NCBI GenBank assembly: GCA_947631725.1
Contig: CANRML010000003.1
Span: 1 to 32,084, forward strand
Direction of reading: 5' to 3'
Source: an uncultured Clostridia bacterium
GTDB lineage: Bacteria > Bacillota > Clostridia > TANB77 > CAG-508
DNA length: 32,084 nt
This document shows positions 1 through 10,770 of the stretch, in pieces. Position numbers and translations under genes: made by a program. Within the stretch, counting starts at the first letter, position 1, and each line of letters opens with the position of its first letter. The notes beneath the pieces are model-generated. The model did not search any database and had not been told where the DNA came from. It saw only the letters and a list, made by a program, of their open reading frames with translations.

Positions 1-152
1 CTTACCCAAATAGTACGACCATCTTCTCTATAATATAAAGGTTTATAAACTACCATTTTTTCCTTGGTTTCCGAGTCATAGGCAATATTTTCCACAAAAT
101 AATAATTACCTTTAAAATGACGATAAACTCTACCAATTTTTACTTCTTCCAT
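1..152 (-). CDS. DUF1653 family protein (5' part; runs off the left edge)
   Basis: Manual translation of the minus strand gives MEEVKIGRVYRHFKGNYYFVENIAYDSETKEKMVVYKPLYYREDGRTIWV.., which has the YRHFKG..Y / SET.E..VVY..LY / WVR motifs of DUF1653. RBS AGGAGGGG at 168-161. Not in the ORF track. Confidence 0.85.
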   Translation of the reverse strand, partial: MEEVKIGRVYRHFKGNYYFVENIAYDSETKEKMVVYKPLYYREDGRTIWV

Positions 153-237
153 TTTCATTTCCCCTCCTAGTACCAATATTATATACTATTTTTTCATAAA
201 TAGCAATAAATTGGGAAAAATAAAATCGGAGGAAAAA

Positions 238-1080
238 ATGATTTACGAATTCATTAAATTTTTAGTATATTCAGGATTGATTGTTGCTATATCCAAATAT
301 ATATTAGTAACAACTTTAAGAAAATTAGCAGAAAACTTAAGTTTAAAAGCAAAAACAGTAGGAGATATTGCAGGAGCAGCAACATCTGTACCAGAATTAT
401 TAACTATTATCATATCTAGTACAAAAGGGATGATAAGTACTAGTATTTATAATATTTTAAGTTCTAATATAATAAATTTTATTCAATATATGGCATCTAT
501 AATAATAAATAAAAATAGAAGAGCTTTTGAAAATTTAGCAATAAGAATTGATATAATATTAGTTTTATTAACTATTGTTATACCAATTATTTTAATATGG
601 CTAAATATAGAAATAAGTATATATATAATACCAATTTTTATATTGTTATATTTATTATTTAATGTTATAAACAATAATACACATAAACTATATTTAAAAA
701 GCGAAGAGAACAAATTAGAAAAACAAATAGAAAATGAAGAAAAAACAGAAAGAGGAAATACAAGAAAAACACTGTTATATACTGCAATATTATTAATTTC
801 AGGAGTTTTATTATTTGTAGTAGGAGATTTATTAGGACAATCAATAGAAAATCTAGCAAATGGATTTAATATTTCACAGACAATAATTGGAATTTTGCTA
901 GGTATTACTACAAGCATACCAGAATTAATTACATTTTTTGAATCTCAAAAACATTATAACAATCAAAAAAATGAAATCTTGGGTGTTGTAGAAGCAACAA
1001 ATAACTTATTAACTTCTAACATATTAAATCTATTTATTATAGAAACTATAGGTATTATAATATTGGCTTTTGTTACTTGA
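238..1080 (+). CDS. CaCA-superfamily (Na+/Ca2+ exchanger-like) membrane antiporter
   Basis: Two alpha-repeat motifs (GAATSVPEL and GITTSIPEL) in a two-fold hydrophobic topology. ATG 238 follows GGAGG, so it is preferred over TTG 211. Confidence 0.8.
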   Translation: MIYEFIKFLVYSGLIVAISKYILVTTLRKLAENLSLKAKTVGDIAGAATSVPELLTIIISSTKGMISTSIYNILSSNIINFIQYMASIIINKNRRAFENLAIRIDIILVLLTIVIPIILIWLNIEISIYIIPIFILLYLLFNVINNNTHKLYLKSEENKLEKQIENEEKTERGNTRKTLLYTAILLISGVLLFVVGDLLGQSIENLANGFNISQTIIGILLGITTSIPELITFFESQKHYNNQKNEILGVVEATNNLLTSNILNLFIIETIGIIILAFVT

Positions 1081-1105
1081 CAAATAAGAGCTAGAAAGAT
1101 ATATT
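1077..1105 (+). promoter_or_regulatory. SigA-type promoter for the hydrolase gene
   Basis: TTGACA (1077-1082), 17 nt spacer, TATATT (1100-1105). Confidence 0.55.
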
Positions 1106-1139
1106 AGAATATGAAAAAATAGAAATGAGGAAAAATAAA

Positions 1140-1994
1140 ATGAAAAAAAGAACGATTATATTACTTAGTATTCTAATATTAGTAGTTCTCCTAGTAATAA
1201 CAGCCTATTTTCTTTTAATAAAAATTCAGTCAGAAGTGCCAGAAAAATTAGAAGATAGATATGATATAAAAGTAGAAAAATATACTGGCAAAAATGTGGT
1301 TACAATTTCACCAAAAGAAGATAAAACAGAAAATTACATAATATATTTTCATGGTGGCTCATATATGGCTGAAATAACAGATGCTCATTGGAACTTTTTA
1401 GATAAAATTATACAAGAAACAAAAGCATCAATAATTGTACCAGATTATCCACTAACACCAACAAACAACTATAAAGATGTATTTGAAATGGTAATACCTC
1501 TATATAAAGAAATAATAAAAAACATATCACCAGAAAACCTCATTATCATGGGAGATTCAGCAGGTGGAGGATTAGCATTAGCTTTAGAGGAAAAACTCGG
1601 AGAAGAAGAAATTCAAATACCTGAAAAATTGATTTTAATATCACCATGGATTGATGTCACTATGTCAAATCAAAAAATAGATGATGTAGAAAAGTTAGAT
1701 AAAAACTTAAACAAAGATACTTTGAAAATGGCAGGAATCGCATATGCAGGATTAGATGGGATGGATAATTATTTAGTTAACCCAATAAATGGACCATTAG
1801 ATAAATTAAAAAATGTAACAATTTATACAGGTACATATGATATTTTAAATCCAGATGCTCATTTATTACAGGAAAAAGCAAAAGCTATAGGAATTGACAT
1901 AGAACTAAAAGAATATGAAGGAAAAGAGCACATATGGTTAATATATGAACAAAATCAAGATTTTCAAGATTTAATAGACAGTATAAAAAAATAG
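1140..1994 (+). CDS. Membrane-anchored alpha/beta hydrolase (HSL-family esterase/lipase)
   Basis: N-terminal TM segment, HGGS oxyanion motif, GDSAGG nucleophile elbow, and Asp (GTYDIL) and His (GKEH) triad residues. Start could be 1125 or 1140. Confidence 0.88.
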   Translation: MKKRTIILLSILILVVLLVITAYFLLIKIQSEVPEKLEDRYDIKVEKYTGKNVVTISPKEDKTENYIIYFHGGSYMAEITDAHWNFLDKIIQETKASIIVPDYPLTPTNNYKDVFEMVIPLYKEIIKNISPENLIIMGDSAGGGLALALEEKLGEEEIQIPEKLILISPWIDVTMSNQKIDDVEKLDKNLNKDTLKMAGIAYAGLDGMDNYLVNPINGPLDKLKNVTIYTGTYDILNPDAHLLQEKAKAIGIDIELKEYEGKEHIWLIYEQNQDFQDLIDSIKK

Positions 1995-2004
1995 CTTAAA
2001 ATAC

Positions 2005-2032
2005 TTGACAAATAGAAAAAATATGATATAAT
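2005..2032 (+). promoter_or_regulatory. SigA promoter of the infC-rpmI-rplT operon
   Basis: TTGACA (2005-2010), 16 nt spacer, TG-n-TATAAT (2024-2032). Confidence 0.8.
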
Positions 2033-2043
2033 ATTAAGCGTTA

Positions 2044-2172
2044 CAAGAAGAAGCTATCGAACTTCTCACCTTATCTAAAAGAAAAAGGTTAAAATGCAAA
2101 AATAAATATGTTTATTTTATTTGCTTTTTATTAGTTTGATGGATTGACTTGTAACACACAAGTCAATTTTTA
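2044..2172 (+). ncRNA. L20 leader (ribosomal protein L20 autoregulatory attenuator)
   Basis: AGAAGAAGC...ACTTCTCACC 5' motif typical of Firmicute L20 leaders. Hairpin GACTTGT-aacac-ACAAGTC followed by a U-tract at 2146-2172. Located just upstream of infC. Confidence 0.75.
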
Positions 2173-2193
2173 TATATATGGAGGTGTTTCACA

Positions 2194-2703
2194 ATCAAAC
2201 AAGAATTACCAATAAATAGTCAAATCAGAGAAAAAGAAGTTCAACTGATAGGAGCAGATGGAGAAAAATTAGGTGTTATGCCAACAAATGAAGCTATAGA
2301 ATTAGCTGAAGAAAAGAATTTAGACCTTGTACTAGTATCACCTAATACTAAACCTGTAGTTTGCAAAATAATGAATTATGGAAAATATAAGTTTGAGCAA
2401 GCAAAAAAAGAAAAAGAAGCAAAGAAAAAACAAAAAGTTTTAGAAGTAAAAGAACTACGAGTTACTCCAAATATTGAAGAACATGACTTTAGTTTCAAAG
2501 CTAAAAATGCAAGAAAATTTTTAGAATCAGGAAATAAAGTAAAAATAACACTTCGCTTTAGAGGTAGAGAAGTAAATAATGTTAAATCAGGTGAAATTGT
2601 GCTAAATAAGTTTATAGAAGAACTTGAAGATATTAGTGTTGTTGAAAAACAACCTAAATTAGAAGGCAGAAATATGTTTACAATTTTAGCAAAAAAAGCA
2701 TAA
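2194..2703 (+). CDS. infC: Translation initiation factor IF-3 (non-canonical ATC start)
   Basis: The frame is open upstream of the ORF-track ATG 2278 and encodes the conserved IF3 N-terminus (IKQELPINSQIREKEVQLIGADGEKLG). RBS GGAGGTG (2180-2186) lies 7 nt before ATC 2194. Confidence 0.93.
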   Translation: MKQELPINSQIREKEVQLIGADGEKLGVMPTNEAIELAEEKNLDLVLVSPNTKPVVCKIMNYGKYKFEQAKKEKEAKKKQKVLEVKELRVTPNIEEHDFSFKAKNARKFLESGNKVKITLRFRGREVNNVKSGEIVLNKFIEELEDISVVEKQPKLEGRNMFTILAKKA

Positions 2704-2731
2704 TTAATAAAACGAAAGGGAGGAAGAAAAA

Positions 2732-2935
2732 ATGGCAAAATTAAAAACAAACAAAGCTGCTAGCAAAAGATATGGACTAACAGCAACAGGAAAAGTAAAA
2801 AGAACAAAAGCAAATAGAAGACATCTATTAGCAAATAAAACAAGCAGACAAAGAAAATCAGGAAAAATACAAGATGCTTATGCTGATAAATCATGTGAAA
2901 AAACAATAAAAAAATTACTACCATATGGTGGATAA
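2732..2935 (+). CDS. rpmI: 50S ribosomal protein L35
   Basis: MAKLKTNKAASKR..TATGKVKR..RRHLL; lies between infC and rplT. Confidence 0.95.
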   Translation: MAKLKTNKAASKRYGLTATGKVKRTKANRRHLLANKTSRQRKSGKIQDAYADKSCEKTIKKLLPYGG

Positions 2936-2959
2936 TCGAATTAAGGAAGGTGAATAAAA

Positions 2960-3313
2960 ATGGCAAGAGTAAAAACAGCAAGAACAACAAGAGCAAGACA
3001 TAAAAAAATATTAAAACAAGCAAAAGGATATTATGGTGCAAAACATTATCGTTTTAGAAATGCAAATCAAGCAGTATTAAAATCATTATCATATTCTTAT
3101 GTAGGAAGAAAAGATAAAAAAAATAATTTTAGAAAATTATGGATAGCTAGAATTAATGCAGCTGCAAGAATAAATGGGACAACATATAGTAAAATGATAG
3201 CAGGACTAAAAAAAGCTAATGTAGCAATAAATAGAAAAATGCTTGCAGAAATAGCAATATCTGATCCAAAAGCATTTACAGAAATTGCAGAAGTTGCAAA
3301 AAAAGCTAAATAA
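2960..3313 (+). CDS. rplT: 50S ribosomal protein L20
   Basis: MARVK...AKGYYG...[14 protein letters not shown]...NRKMLAEIA. Confidence 0.98.
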   Translation: MARVKTARTTRARHKKILKQAKGYYGAKHYRFRNANQAVLKSLSYSYVGRKDKKNNFRKLWIARINAAARINGTTYSKMIAGLKKANVAINRKMLAEIAISDPKAFTEIAEVAKKAK

Positions 3314-3320
3314 AGTTATA

Positions 3321-3351
3321 AGCAAACAACAAAGCGTTGTTTGTTTTTTTT
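3321..3351 (+). terminator. Rho-independent terminator after rplT
   Basis: Hairpin AGCAAACAAC-aaagc-GTTGTTTGTT followed by a T-tract. Confidence 0.8.
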
Positions 3352-3363
3352 ATTTAAAAACAC

Positions 3364-3392
3364 TTGAAAAAAACGCAAAAACATTGTAAAAT
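3364..3392 (+). promoter_or_regulatory. SigA promoter of the pth-rng-rimO-orf-trpS-obg run
   Basis: TTGAAA (3364-3369), 17 nt spacer, TAAAAT (3387-3392). Confidence 0.6.
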
Positions 3393-3417
3393 AGACAAGT
3401 AAAGATAGGTGAAAAAT

Positions 3418-3976
3418 ATGTATTTAATTATCGGATTAGGAAACCCAGAAGAAGAATATAGTAATACAAGACACAATATGGGGTTTGATACAATTAACAA
3501 ATTAGCAAAAAAATATCAAATAGAAGTTAATAAAAAGAAATTTAAAGGATTATATGGAACAGGAATAATAGAAAATAACAAAGTTATATTATTAAAGCCA
3601 CAAACATATATGAACTTAAGTGGAGATAGTATTATAGAGGTAATGGACTACTATAATTTAGATATACAAGACCTAATTATAATCTATGATGATATGGATA
3701 TAGAAAAAGGTTTAATAAAGATTAAGAAAAAAGGTGGACCAGGTTCTCATAATGGGATGAAATCAGTTGTTGAAAATTTGCAAAGTGAAGAATTTAGCAG
3801 AATTAGAATTGGAATTGGAAAACCAGAACATCAAAATGATGCAATAAATTATGTAATAGGTAAAATGCCAAAAGAAGACCAAGAAATTCTAGAAAAATCA
3901 ACACGGAATTGCAGTTGAGGCAGTAGAAGAAATTATAAAAAATGGTGTAGATATAGCAATGAACAAATATAATTAA
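3418..3976 (+). CDS. pth: Peptidyl-tRNA hydrolase, with a +1 frameshift at CGG 3904-3906
   Basis: GLGNP..Y..TRHN.G, KPQTYMNLSG and GSHNG motifs. Frame 0 stops at 3918. The +1 frame from GGA 3905 gives the canonical C-terminal helix GIAVEAVEEIIKNGVDIAMNKYN* (TAA 3974-3976), about 185 aa in total. Confidence 0.92.
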
Positions 3977-3998
3977 AGCATAATAGCAGGAGGTAAAA

Positions 3999-5177
3999 AT
4001 GGTAGAAGTTTTTATTAGCAAAAAAGATAAACAAGAAAAAATAGCACTTATAGAAAATGGAAACTTAGTAGAATATTATGAAGAAGATGAAAATACAAAT
4101 CGCAAAGAAGGAAATATATATCTTGGAAGAGTAAGAGATATTATTCAAGGTATGCAATCAGCTTTTGTAGATATAGGGACAGAAAAAAATAGTTTTATAC
4201 ATTTAAAAGATATATTACCAAAAGTAGATGAAAAAAAAGAAGAAATTGATACAAATATCAATATTAAAGATGCTGTAAAAATAAATCAAAAACTATTAGT
4301 ACAAGTAAAAAAAGATAGTAATGATAAAAAAGGTGCAAGAGTATCTACACATATAAATTTGCCAGGAAAATATATTGTATTAATGCCAAACACAGATATT
4401 ATTACAGTTTCACAAAAAATAGAAGATAAAAAAGAACAAGAAAGATTAGTTGAACTAGTAAAAAACAACATTTCAAAAGGAAATGGTGCTATAATTCGTA
4501 CATCTAGTGATAAAAAAGAAGAAGAAATTATAAAAGACATTAAAAATTTAGAGAAAAAGTGGCAAGAAATTCAAAAAAAATATGAAGAAAGCAAAAAAGA
4601 TACTGAATTAATTTATGAAGCAGAAACAATTGTTGAAAAAATGATATTAGATTTAGCTAATCAAAAAATAGAGACAATTGTTACAGATTGTAAACCAGAA
4701 TATGAAAAGATTTTAAAAATCAAAGAAGAAACACCAGAACTAAAAAATACAAAAATAGTTTTGGAAAATTCTAATATATTTGAAAAATATGAAATAGAAA
4801 AGCAAGCAGAAAAATTGCAAAATAGAAAAATCTGGTTAAAATGTGGAGGCTTTATTACAATTGATAGAACAGAAGCTTTAACTGCTATTGATGTAAATAC
4901 AGGGAAATATACAGGTGATAAAAATTTAGAACAAACTTTATATAGAGTAAATGAAGAAGCAACAATTGAAATAGCAAAACAAATAAGGCTACGTGATATA
5001 GGTGGAATCATCATTATAGACTATATCGATATGAAAAAACAAGAAAGCAAAGATAAAATACAAAAAGTATTAGAAGAAAAATTAAAATCAGACAGAAGCA
5101 AAACACAAGTAGAAGGATTTACTAAACTAGATTTAATGGAAATGACAAGAAAACATATATGTAGCCATAAAGAATAA
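3999..5177 (+). CDS. rng: Ribonuclease E/G family endoribonuclease (short form)
   Basis: S1 domain (GNIYLGRV..GMQSAFVDIG), TEALTAIDVNTG, RLRDIGGIIIIDYIDM, LMEMTRK. Confidence 0.9.
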   Translation: MVEVFISKKDKQEKIALIENGNLVEYYEEDENTNRKEGNIYLGRVRDIIQGMQSAFVDIGTEKNSFIHLKDILPKVDEKKEEIDTNINIKDAVKINQKLLVQVKKDSNDKKGARVSTHINLPGKYIVLMPNTDIITVSQKIEDKKEQERLVELVKNNISKGNGAIIRTSSDKKEEEIIKDIKNLEKKWQEIQKKYEESKKDTELIYEAETIVEKMILDLANQKIETIVTDCKPEYEKILKIKEETPELKNTKIVLENSNIFEKYEIEKQAEKLQNRKIWLKCGGFITIDRTEALTAIDVNTGKYTGDKNLEQTLYRVNEEATIEIAKQIRLRDIGGIIIIDYIDMKKQESKDKIQKVLEEKLKSDRSKTQVEGFTKLDLMEMTRKHICSHKE

Positions 5178-5190
5178 AAGAGGGATAAAA

Positions 5191-6534
5191 ATGAAAGTAG
5201 GATTTGTATCATTAGGTTGTAGTAAAAATTTAATAGATACAGAAATAGCAATAGGTATGTTTAGAGAACATAAATACATAATTGAAAATAAGCCAGAAGA
5301 AGCAGATATAATTGTAATAAATACTTGTGGGTTTATTGATTCTGCAAAAGAAGAAGCAATAAACACAATACTAGAAATGGCAGAATACAAAAAAAGAAAA
5401 TGCAAATATTTAATTGTTATGGGATGTCTGGTAGAAAGATATTATGCAGAACTAGTCAAATCTTTACCAGAAGTTGATTTATTCATAAAACTAGAAGAAT
5501 ATGATAGGCTATGGGAAAAAATAGAAGATTTAATTAAAAGAGGAATTGTTGTAAAACCAAAACTTAAGAAAAATGAAATAAAACCAATTCCAGAATATAA
5601 CGATTTCTTAAATAGAGTTATTACAACAGGAAAAGATTATGCATACCTAAAAATAGGTGAAGGATGTAGCAATAGATGTACATATTGTGCAATTCCAAGT
5701 ATTAGAGGACCATTTGTAAGCCGTAAAAAAGAAGAAATTTTAGAAGAAGCAAATATGCTTGTAAAACAAGGAATTACAGAAATTATTGTTATTGCACAAG
5801 ATACAACTAAATATGGAATAGATATTTATGGAGAACCTAAACTTGTAGAATTGCTAGAAGATTTAACAAATATAGAAGGAATAAAATGGGTTCGTGTGCT
5901 ATATTCTTATCCAGAAGGAATTACAGAGGAACTAATTAAATTAGTAGCAAATAATGATAAAATTGCAAAATATTTTGATATTCCAATACAACATATATCA
6001 AATAAAATACTAAAAAAAATGAATAGAAGAACAACAAAAGAAGAAATTAAAAAGTTGTTAGAAAATATTAGAAAACAAATACCAAATGTTGTATTAAGAA
6101 CAAGCTTAATAGTTGGATTTCCAGGAGAAACCAAGGAGCAATTTGAAGAATTAAAACAATTTATACAAGATGTACAATTTGATAAATTAGGTACATTTAT
6201 GTATTCAAAAGAAGAAGGCACACCAGCAGCTAGATTACCAGAACAAATTCATGGAAATACTAAGAAATCAAGATATAATCAAATAATGAAACTACAACAA
6301 AATATTTCAAAACAAAACTTAGAAAAGCGTATTGGCAAAACTTATGAAGTATTAGTAGAAGACATATCTTTTGATGGAAAATATTATGTTGGAAGAACTA
6401 TGCAAGATGTACCTGAAATAGATGGATTAGTATATATAGAAAATAAAACTAAGAAAAATCTATTACATAAATATGTGAAAGCTAAAATTATAGAAGTAAA
6501 TGATTATGACATGATAGCAATTTTAGAAAAATAA
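5191..6534 (+). CDS. rimO: Ribosomal protein S12 methylthiotransferase RimO
   Basis: SLGCSKN..D, NTCGFIDSAKEEAI, radical-SAM GCSNRCTYCAIP, C-terminal TRAM domain with PEIDG. Confidence 0.93.
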   Translation: MKVGFVSLGCSKNLIDTEIAIGMFREHKYIIENKPEEADIIVINTCGFIDSAKEEAINTILEMAEYKKRKCKYLIVMGCLVERYYAELVKSLPEVDLFIKLEEYDRLWEKIEDLIKRGIVVKPKLKKNEIKPIPEYNDFLNRVITTGKDYAYLKIGEGCSNRCTYCAIPSIRGPFVSRKKEEILEEANMLVKQGITEIIVIAQDTTKYGIDIYGEPKLVELLEDLTNIEGIKWVRVLYSYPEGITEELIKLVANNDKIAKYFDIPIQHISNKILKKMNRRTTKEEIKKLLENIRKQIPNVVLRTSLIVGFPGETKEQFEELKQFIQDVQFDKLGTFMYSKEEGTPAARLPEQIHGNTKKSRYNQIMKLQQNISKQNLEKRIGKTYEVLVEDISFDGKYYVGRTMQDVPEIDGLVYIENKTKKNLLHKYVKAKIIEVNDYDMIAILEK

Positions 6535-6547
6535 GGAGGACTAAAAT

Positions 6548-7867
6548 ATGCAAAAAAGCTCAGAAGAAATATTTAATATAATGAGAAAAATAAATGAAAC
6601 TATGACAAATCAAGACAAAAAAATAGAAGCTATAAAATACCTTGGAGAAATTGAATTAGAAGGAAGAAAGAAAGACATATATTTAGTTCGTGAATTAGTA
6701 GAAAAAAATATTAATGGAGAAATGTATCAAACTGAAGTAGATACATATATAACAGAAGAACTAGAAAAAATTGCTGGGAATAATCATAGTGATAATTATC
6801 AATATCCAATGGTAGTAGGAAGATTTACTGCTGAAAAAGAAAATATTGAAGAACAATTGCAAGATTTAGACGAAGAAGGACTTTTAGACTTAGAACAAAT
6901 GGAAAAGGAAAGATTAAAATCAATTGCAAAAGCATTAGGAATAAAAGAGGAAGAAATAGAGCAAATAGATGAAGTTGATTTAGACCAAGAAATTGAAGAA
7001 AAAGAAGTAAGCGAAAATGATTTAAAAGGATTAGATATTAAAGAAGAAACGAAATTAAGTCAATATATAAAAGGAGAGAGCTTAGAGAAAAAATTAGGAC
7101 TTAGAAATCATGGGATTGAAGATGGAGTAACATTAGCAAGAGTATCAAGTTCTAGTTTAAATAAATACTTAGATAAACCTACAACTCAGATAGACTCCTT
7201 CGTTGTAATTAGAAAAGATGGAACAGCGGTAGCTTTAGGAGAAGATATATTAGAGCCAGATAGCCGTTTAGGAACAAATCCAACTAAGCAAATTGCAACA
7301 GCAAATGTAGAACAAGGAAATGTAAAAAATGAATCAATTACTTCAAGTTGGCGTATTGTAAATGGAAGTGGAAGAGATTACTTAAGTGTAGGATATGATG
7401 AATCATATGGCTCACATAGAGAAATTAGATATATGATGGCATCTGTAAAAGAAAAAGATTATGTGAGTGTAGAACTAGAAACAAAACAAACTTGGAGACA
7501 AGATGAAGATGTTAGGCAATATATGCTTGAAAGAGGAGAAGGAACAAGAACAGCAGATAATGCATTAGATAGAGATAAACAACATGGAAATTGTGAAAAA
7601 GAAGAAGTGCAAGATATAGATAATAATAAAAATAATGATACACATACACATGATGTAGATACATTTGATCCAGAACAAAAAATACCTGATACAGATATTA
7701 CTTGGGATGAATTGGCAGAAAGATGTAACACTTCAGTAGAAGAAGTATATAATAAATTTCAAGAAAAACAAAACGAATATGGACTAGAAAAAACAAATGA
7801 AGAAATAGCAGATGAAATAGAAGAAGAAATAAACGAAGAATATATGCATGGAGGAATTCAAAGATAA
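6548..7867 (+). CDS. Hypothetical, highly acidic 439-aa protein
   Basis: Long ORF with a strong RBS (AAGGAGG) and the same codon style as its neighbours. No family recognised. Confidence 0.8.
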   Translation: MQKSSEEIFNIMRKINETMTNQDKKIEAIKYLGEIELEGRKKDIYLVRELVEKNINGEMYQTEVDTYITEELEKIAGNNHSDNYQYPMVVGRFTAEKENIEEQLQDLDEEGLLDLEQMEKERLKSIAKALGIKEEEIEQIDEVDLDQEIEEKEVSENDLKGLDIKEETKLSQYIKGESLEKKLGLRNHGIEDGVTLARVSSSSLNKYLDKPTTQIDSFVVIRKDGTAVALGEDILEPDSRLGTNPTKQIATANVEQGNVKNESITSSWRIVNGSGRDYLSVGYDESYGSHREIRYMMASVKEKDYVSVELETKQTWRQDEDVRQYMLERGEGTRTADNALDRDKQHGNCEKEEVQDIDNNKNNDTHTHDVDTFDPEQKIPDTDITWDELAERCNTSVEEVYNKFQEKQNEYGLEKTNEEIADEIEEEINEEYMHGGIQR

Positions 7868-7898
7868 GTTTATTTCATAGAAAGGAACGTGATTAATA

Positions 7899-8909
7899 AT
7901 GAAAAGAGTATTAACAGGGGACAGACCAACTGGAAGATTACATATTGGGCATTATTTTGGCTCTTTAAAAACAAGACTAGAATTACAAGAAAATCCAAAT
8001 TGTGATCCATATATTTTAATTGCAGATGTTCAAGCATTAACAGATAATTTTAATAATCCAGAAAAGGTTAGAAATAGTGTTAGAGAAGTTGCAATTGATT
8101 ATTTATCAGTTGGAATAGACCCTAAAAAAACCACAATATATATTCAATCTATGATACCAGAAACAGCAGAATTAACAGTATTTTATTCAAATTTAGTTAC
8201 AATAGCTAGGTTAGAAAGAAATCCAACTGTAAAAACAGAAATAGCACAAAAAAGAGATATATTTGGAGAAAGTGTAACATATGGATTTTTAGGATATCCA
8301 GTTAGTCAAGCAGCTGATATTACAACTTTTGAAGGAGAAATTGTGCCAGTAGGTGAAGACCAATTACCACTAATAGAACAGTGTAGAGAAATTGTAAGAA
8401 AATTCAACAGTATTTATGGAGAAGTATTAAAAGAACCAAAGGCAATTTTGTCAAATACTAAAAGAATTAAAGGACTAGATGGAAACGAAAAAATGGGAAA
8501 ATCTCTTGGAAATGCTATATATTTATCAGATAGTGAAGAAGAAATTACAAAAAAAGTAATGAGTGCAGTAACTGACCCAAATAGAATAAAAAAGGACGAT
8601 TTGGGAAATCCTGATATTTGTATGGTAGCATATTATCATAATTTATTTACAAATAAAGAAGATATTAAAACAGTATGTGAAGAATGTAGAGCAGGAAAAA
8701 GAGGTTGTGTCCATTGCAAAAAACAATTGGCTCAAAATATTATAGATACTCTAAAACCAATTCGCGAAAAAAGAGCATATTATGAAGCACACCCAGAAGA
8801 AGTAGATAAGATTTTAATAGAAGGAACTGAAAAAGCAAGAGAAGTTGCAAAACAAACAATGAAAAAAGTAAAAGAAGCAATGAAATTGGACTATTTTAGT
8901 GATAAATAA
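7899..8909 (+). CDS. trpS: Tryptophan--tRNA ligase
   Basis: TGDRPTGRLHIGH (HIGH motif), VPVGEDQ, KMGKS (KMSKS-like). Confidence 0.97.
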   Translation: MKRVLTGDRPTGRLHIGHYFGSLKTRLELQENPNCDPYILIADVQALTDNFNNPEKVRNSVREVAIDYLSVGIDPKKTTIYIQSMIPETAELTVFYSNLVTIARLERNPTVKTEIAQKRDIFGESVTYGFLGYPVSQAADITTFEGEIVPVGEDQLPLIEQCREIVRKFNSIYGEVLKEPKAILSNTKRIKGLDGNEKMGKSLGNAIYLSDSEEEITKKVMSAVTDPNRIKKDDLGNPDICMVAYYHNLFTNKEDIKTVCEECRAGKRGCVHCKKQLAQNIIDTLKPIREKRAYYEAHPEEVDKILIEGTEKAREVAKQTMKKVKEAMKLDYFSDK

Positions 8910-8914
8910 TATAA

Positions 8915-10203
<1,289 letters not shown>

Positions 10204-10204
<1 letters not shown>

Positions 10205-10233
10205 AATCTATGTAGTGATACATGGATTTTTTT
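10204..10233 (+). terminator. Terminator after obg
   Basis: Hairpin AAATCTATGTA-gtga-TACATGGATTT followed by a T-tract. Confidence 0.7.
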
Positions 10234-10252
10234 AAATATTTATTAAAAGTAG

Positions 10253-10281
10253 TTGTAAAATTCACAAAAAATTGATATACT
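10253..10281 (+). promoter_or_regulatory. SigA promoter of the asp23-amaP-nusB-xse operon
   Basis: TTGTAA (10253-10258), 17 nt spacer, TG-n-TATACT (10273-10281). Confidence 0.65.
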
Positions 10282-10306
10282 GTTACCATATAAAGGAGGA
10301 GTGAAA

Positions 10307-10765
10307 ATGAAAGATGATGATAAAGAGCAAGAAGAATTAAAGCAAGAGGAAACTTCAAAAGAAGAAAATGAGCAAGAAATAGAAGAAAATGAAGGAATAC
10401 AAATTTCAAATGATGTTATAGCTGTAATTGCAGGTGTGGCTGTTTCAGAAGTACAAGGTGTATCATCAATGGCAGGTGGATTTGCAGGTGGAATTAGTGA
10501 AGTGTTAAGTGGAAAAAAAAACTTAGCAAAAGGTATTAAAGTAGAAAAAAATGACACAGCAATAAAAATAGATGTTAATATCATTGTAGAATATGGTACA
10601 AGAATACCAGATGTTGCATTTGAAATTCAAAACAGAGTAAAAACATCTGTAGAAACTATGACAGGATTAACTGTAGAAGAAGTTAATGTTCATGTACAAG
10701 GAGTAAATACAGAAGATGTAAAACAAGAAGAGGAAGTAGAAAATAATAAAGAAGAAAAGGAGTAA
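10307..10765 (+). CDS. Asp23/Gls24 family envelope stress protein
   Basis: ISNDVIAVIAG.A..EV.GV, KGIKV, MTGL.V.EVNVHV. ATG 10307 follows AGGAGG. Confidence 0.92.
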   Translation: MKDDDKEQEELKQEETSKEENEQEIEENEGIQISNDVIAVIAGVAVSEVQGVSSMAGGFAGGISEVLSGKKNLAKGIKVEKNDTAIKIDVNIIVEYGTRIPDVAFEIQNRVKTSVETMTGLTVEEVNVHVQGVNTEDVKQEEEVENNKEEKE

Positions 10766-10770
10766 TAAAA

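Noticed and set aside
2458-2460. CGA as a second recoded codon
   Set aside because: In-frame CGA occurs in intact genes at Arg-compatible positions (infC ELRVTP, whiA, GH57 YYRIT) without any frame break.
7868-7898. T-box leader upstream of trpS
   Set aside because: The intergenic gap is only about 30 nt and has no T-box motif.
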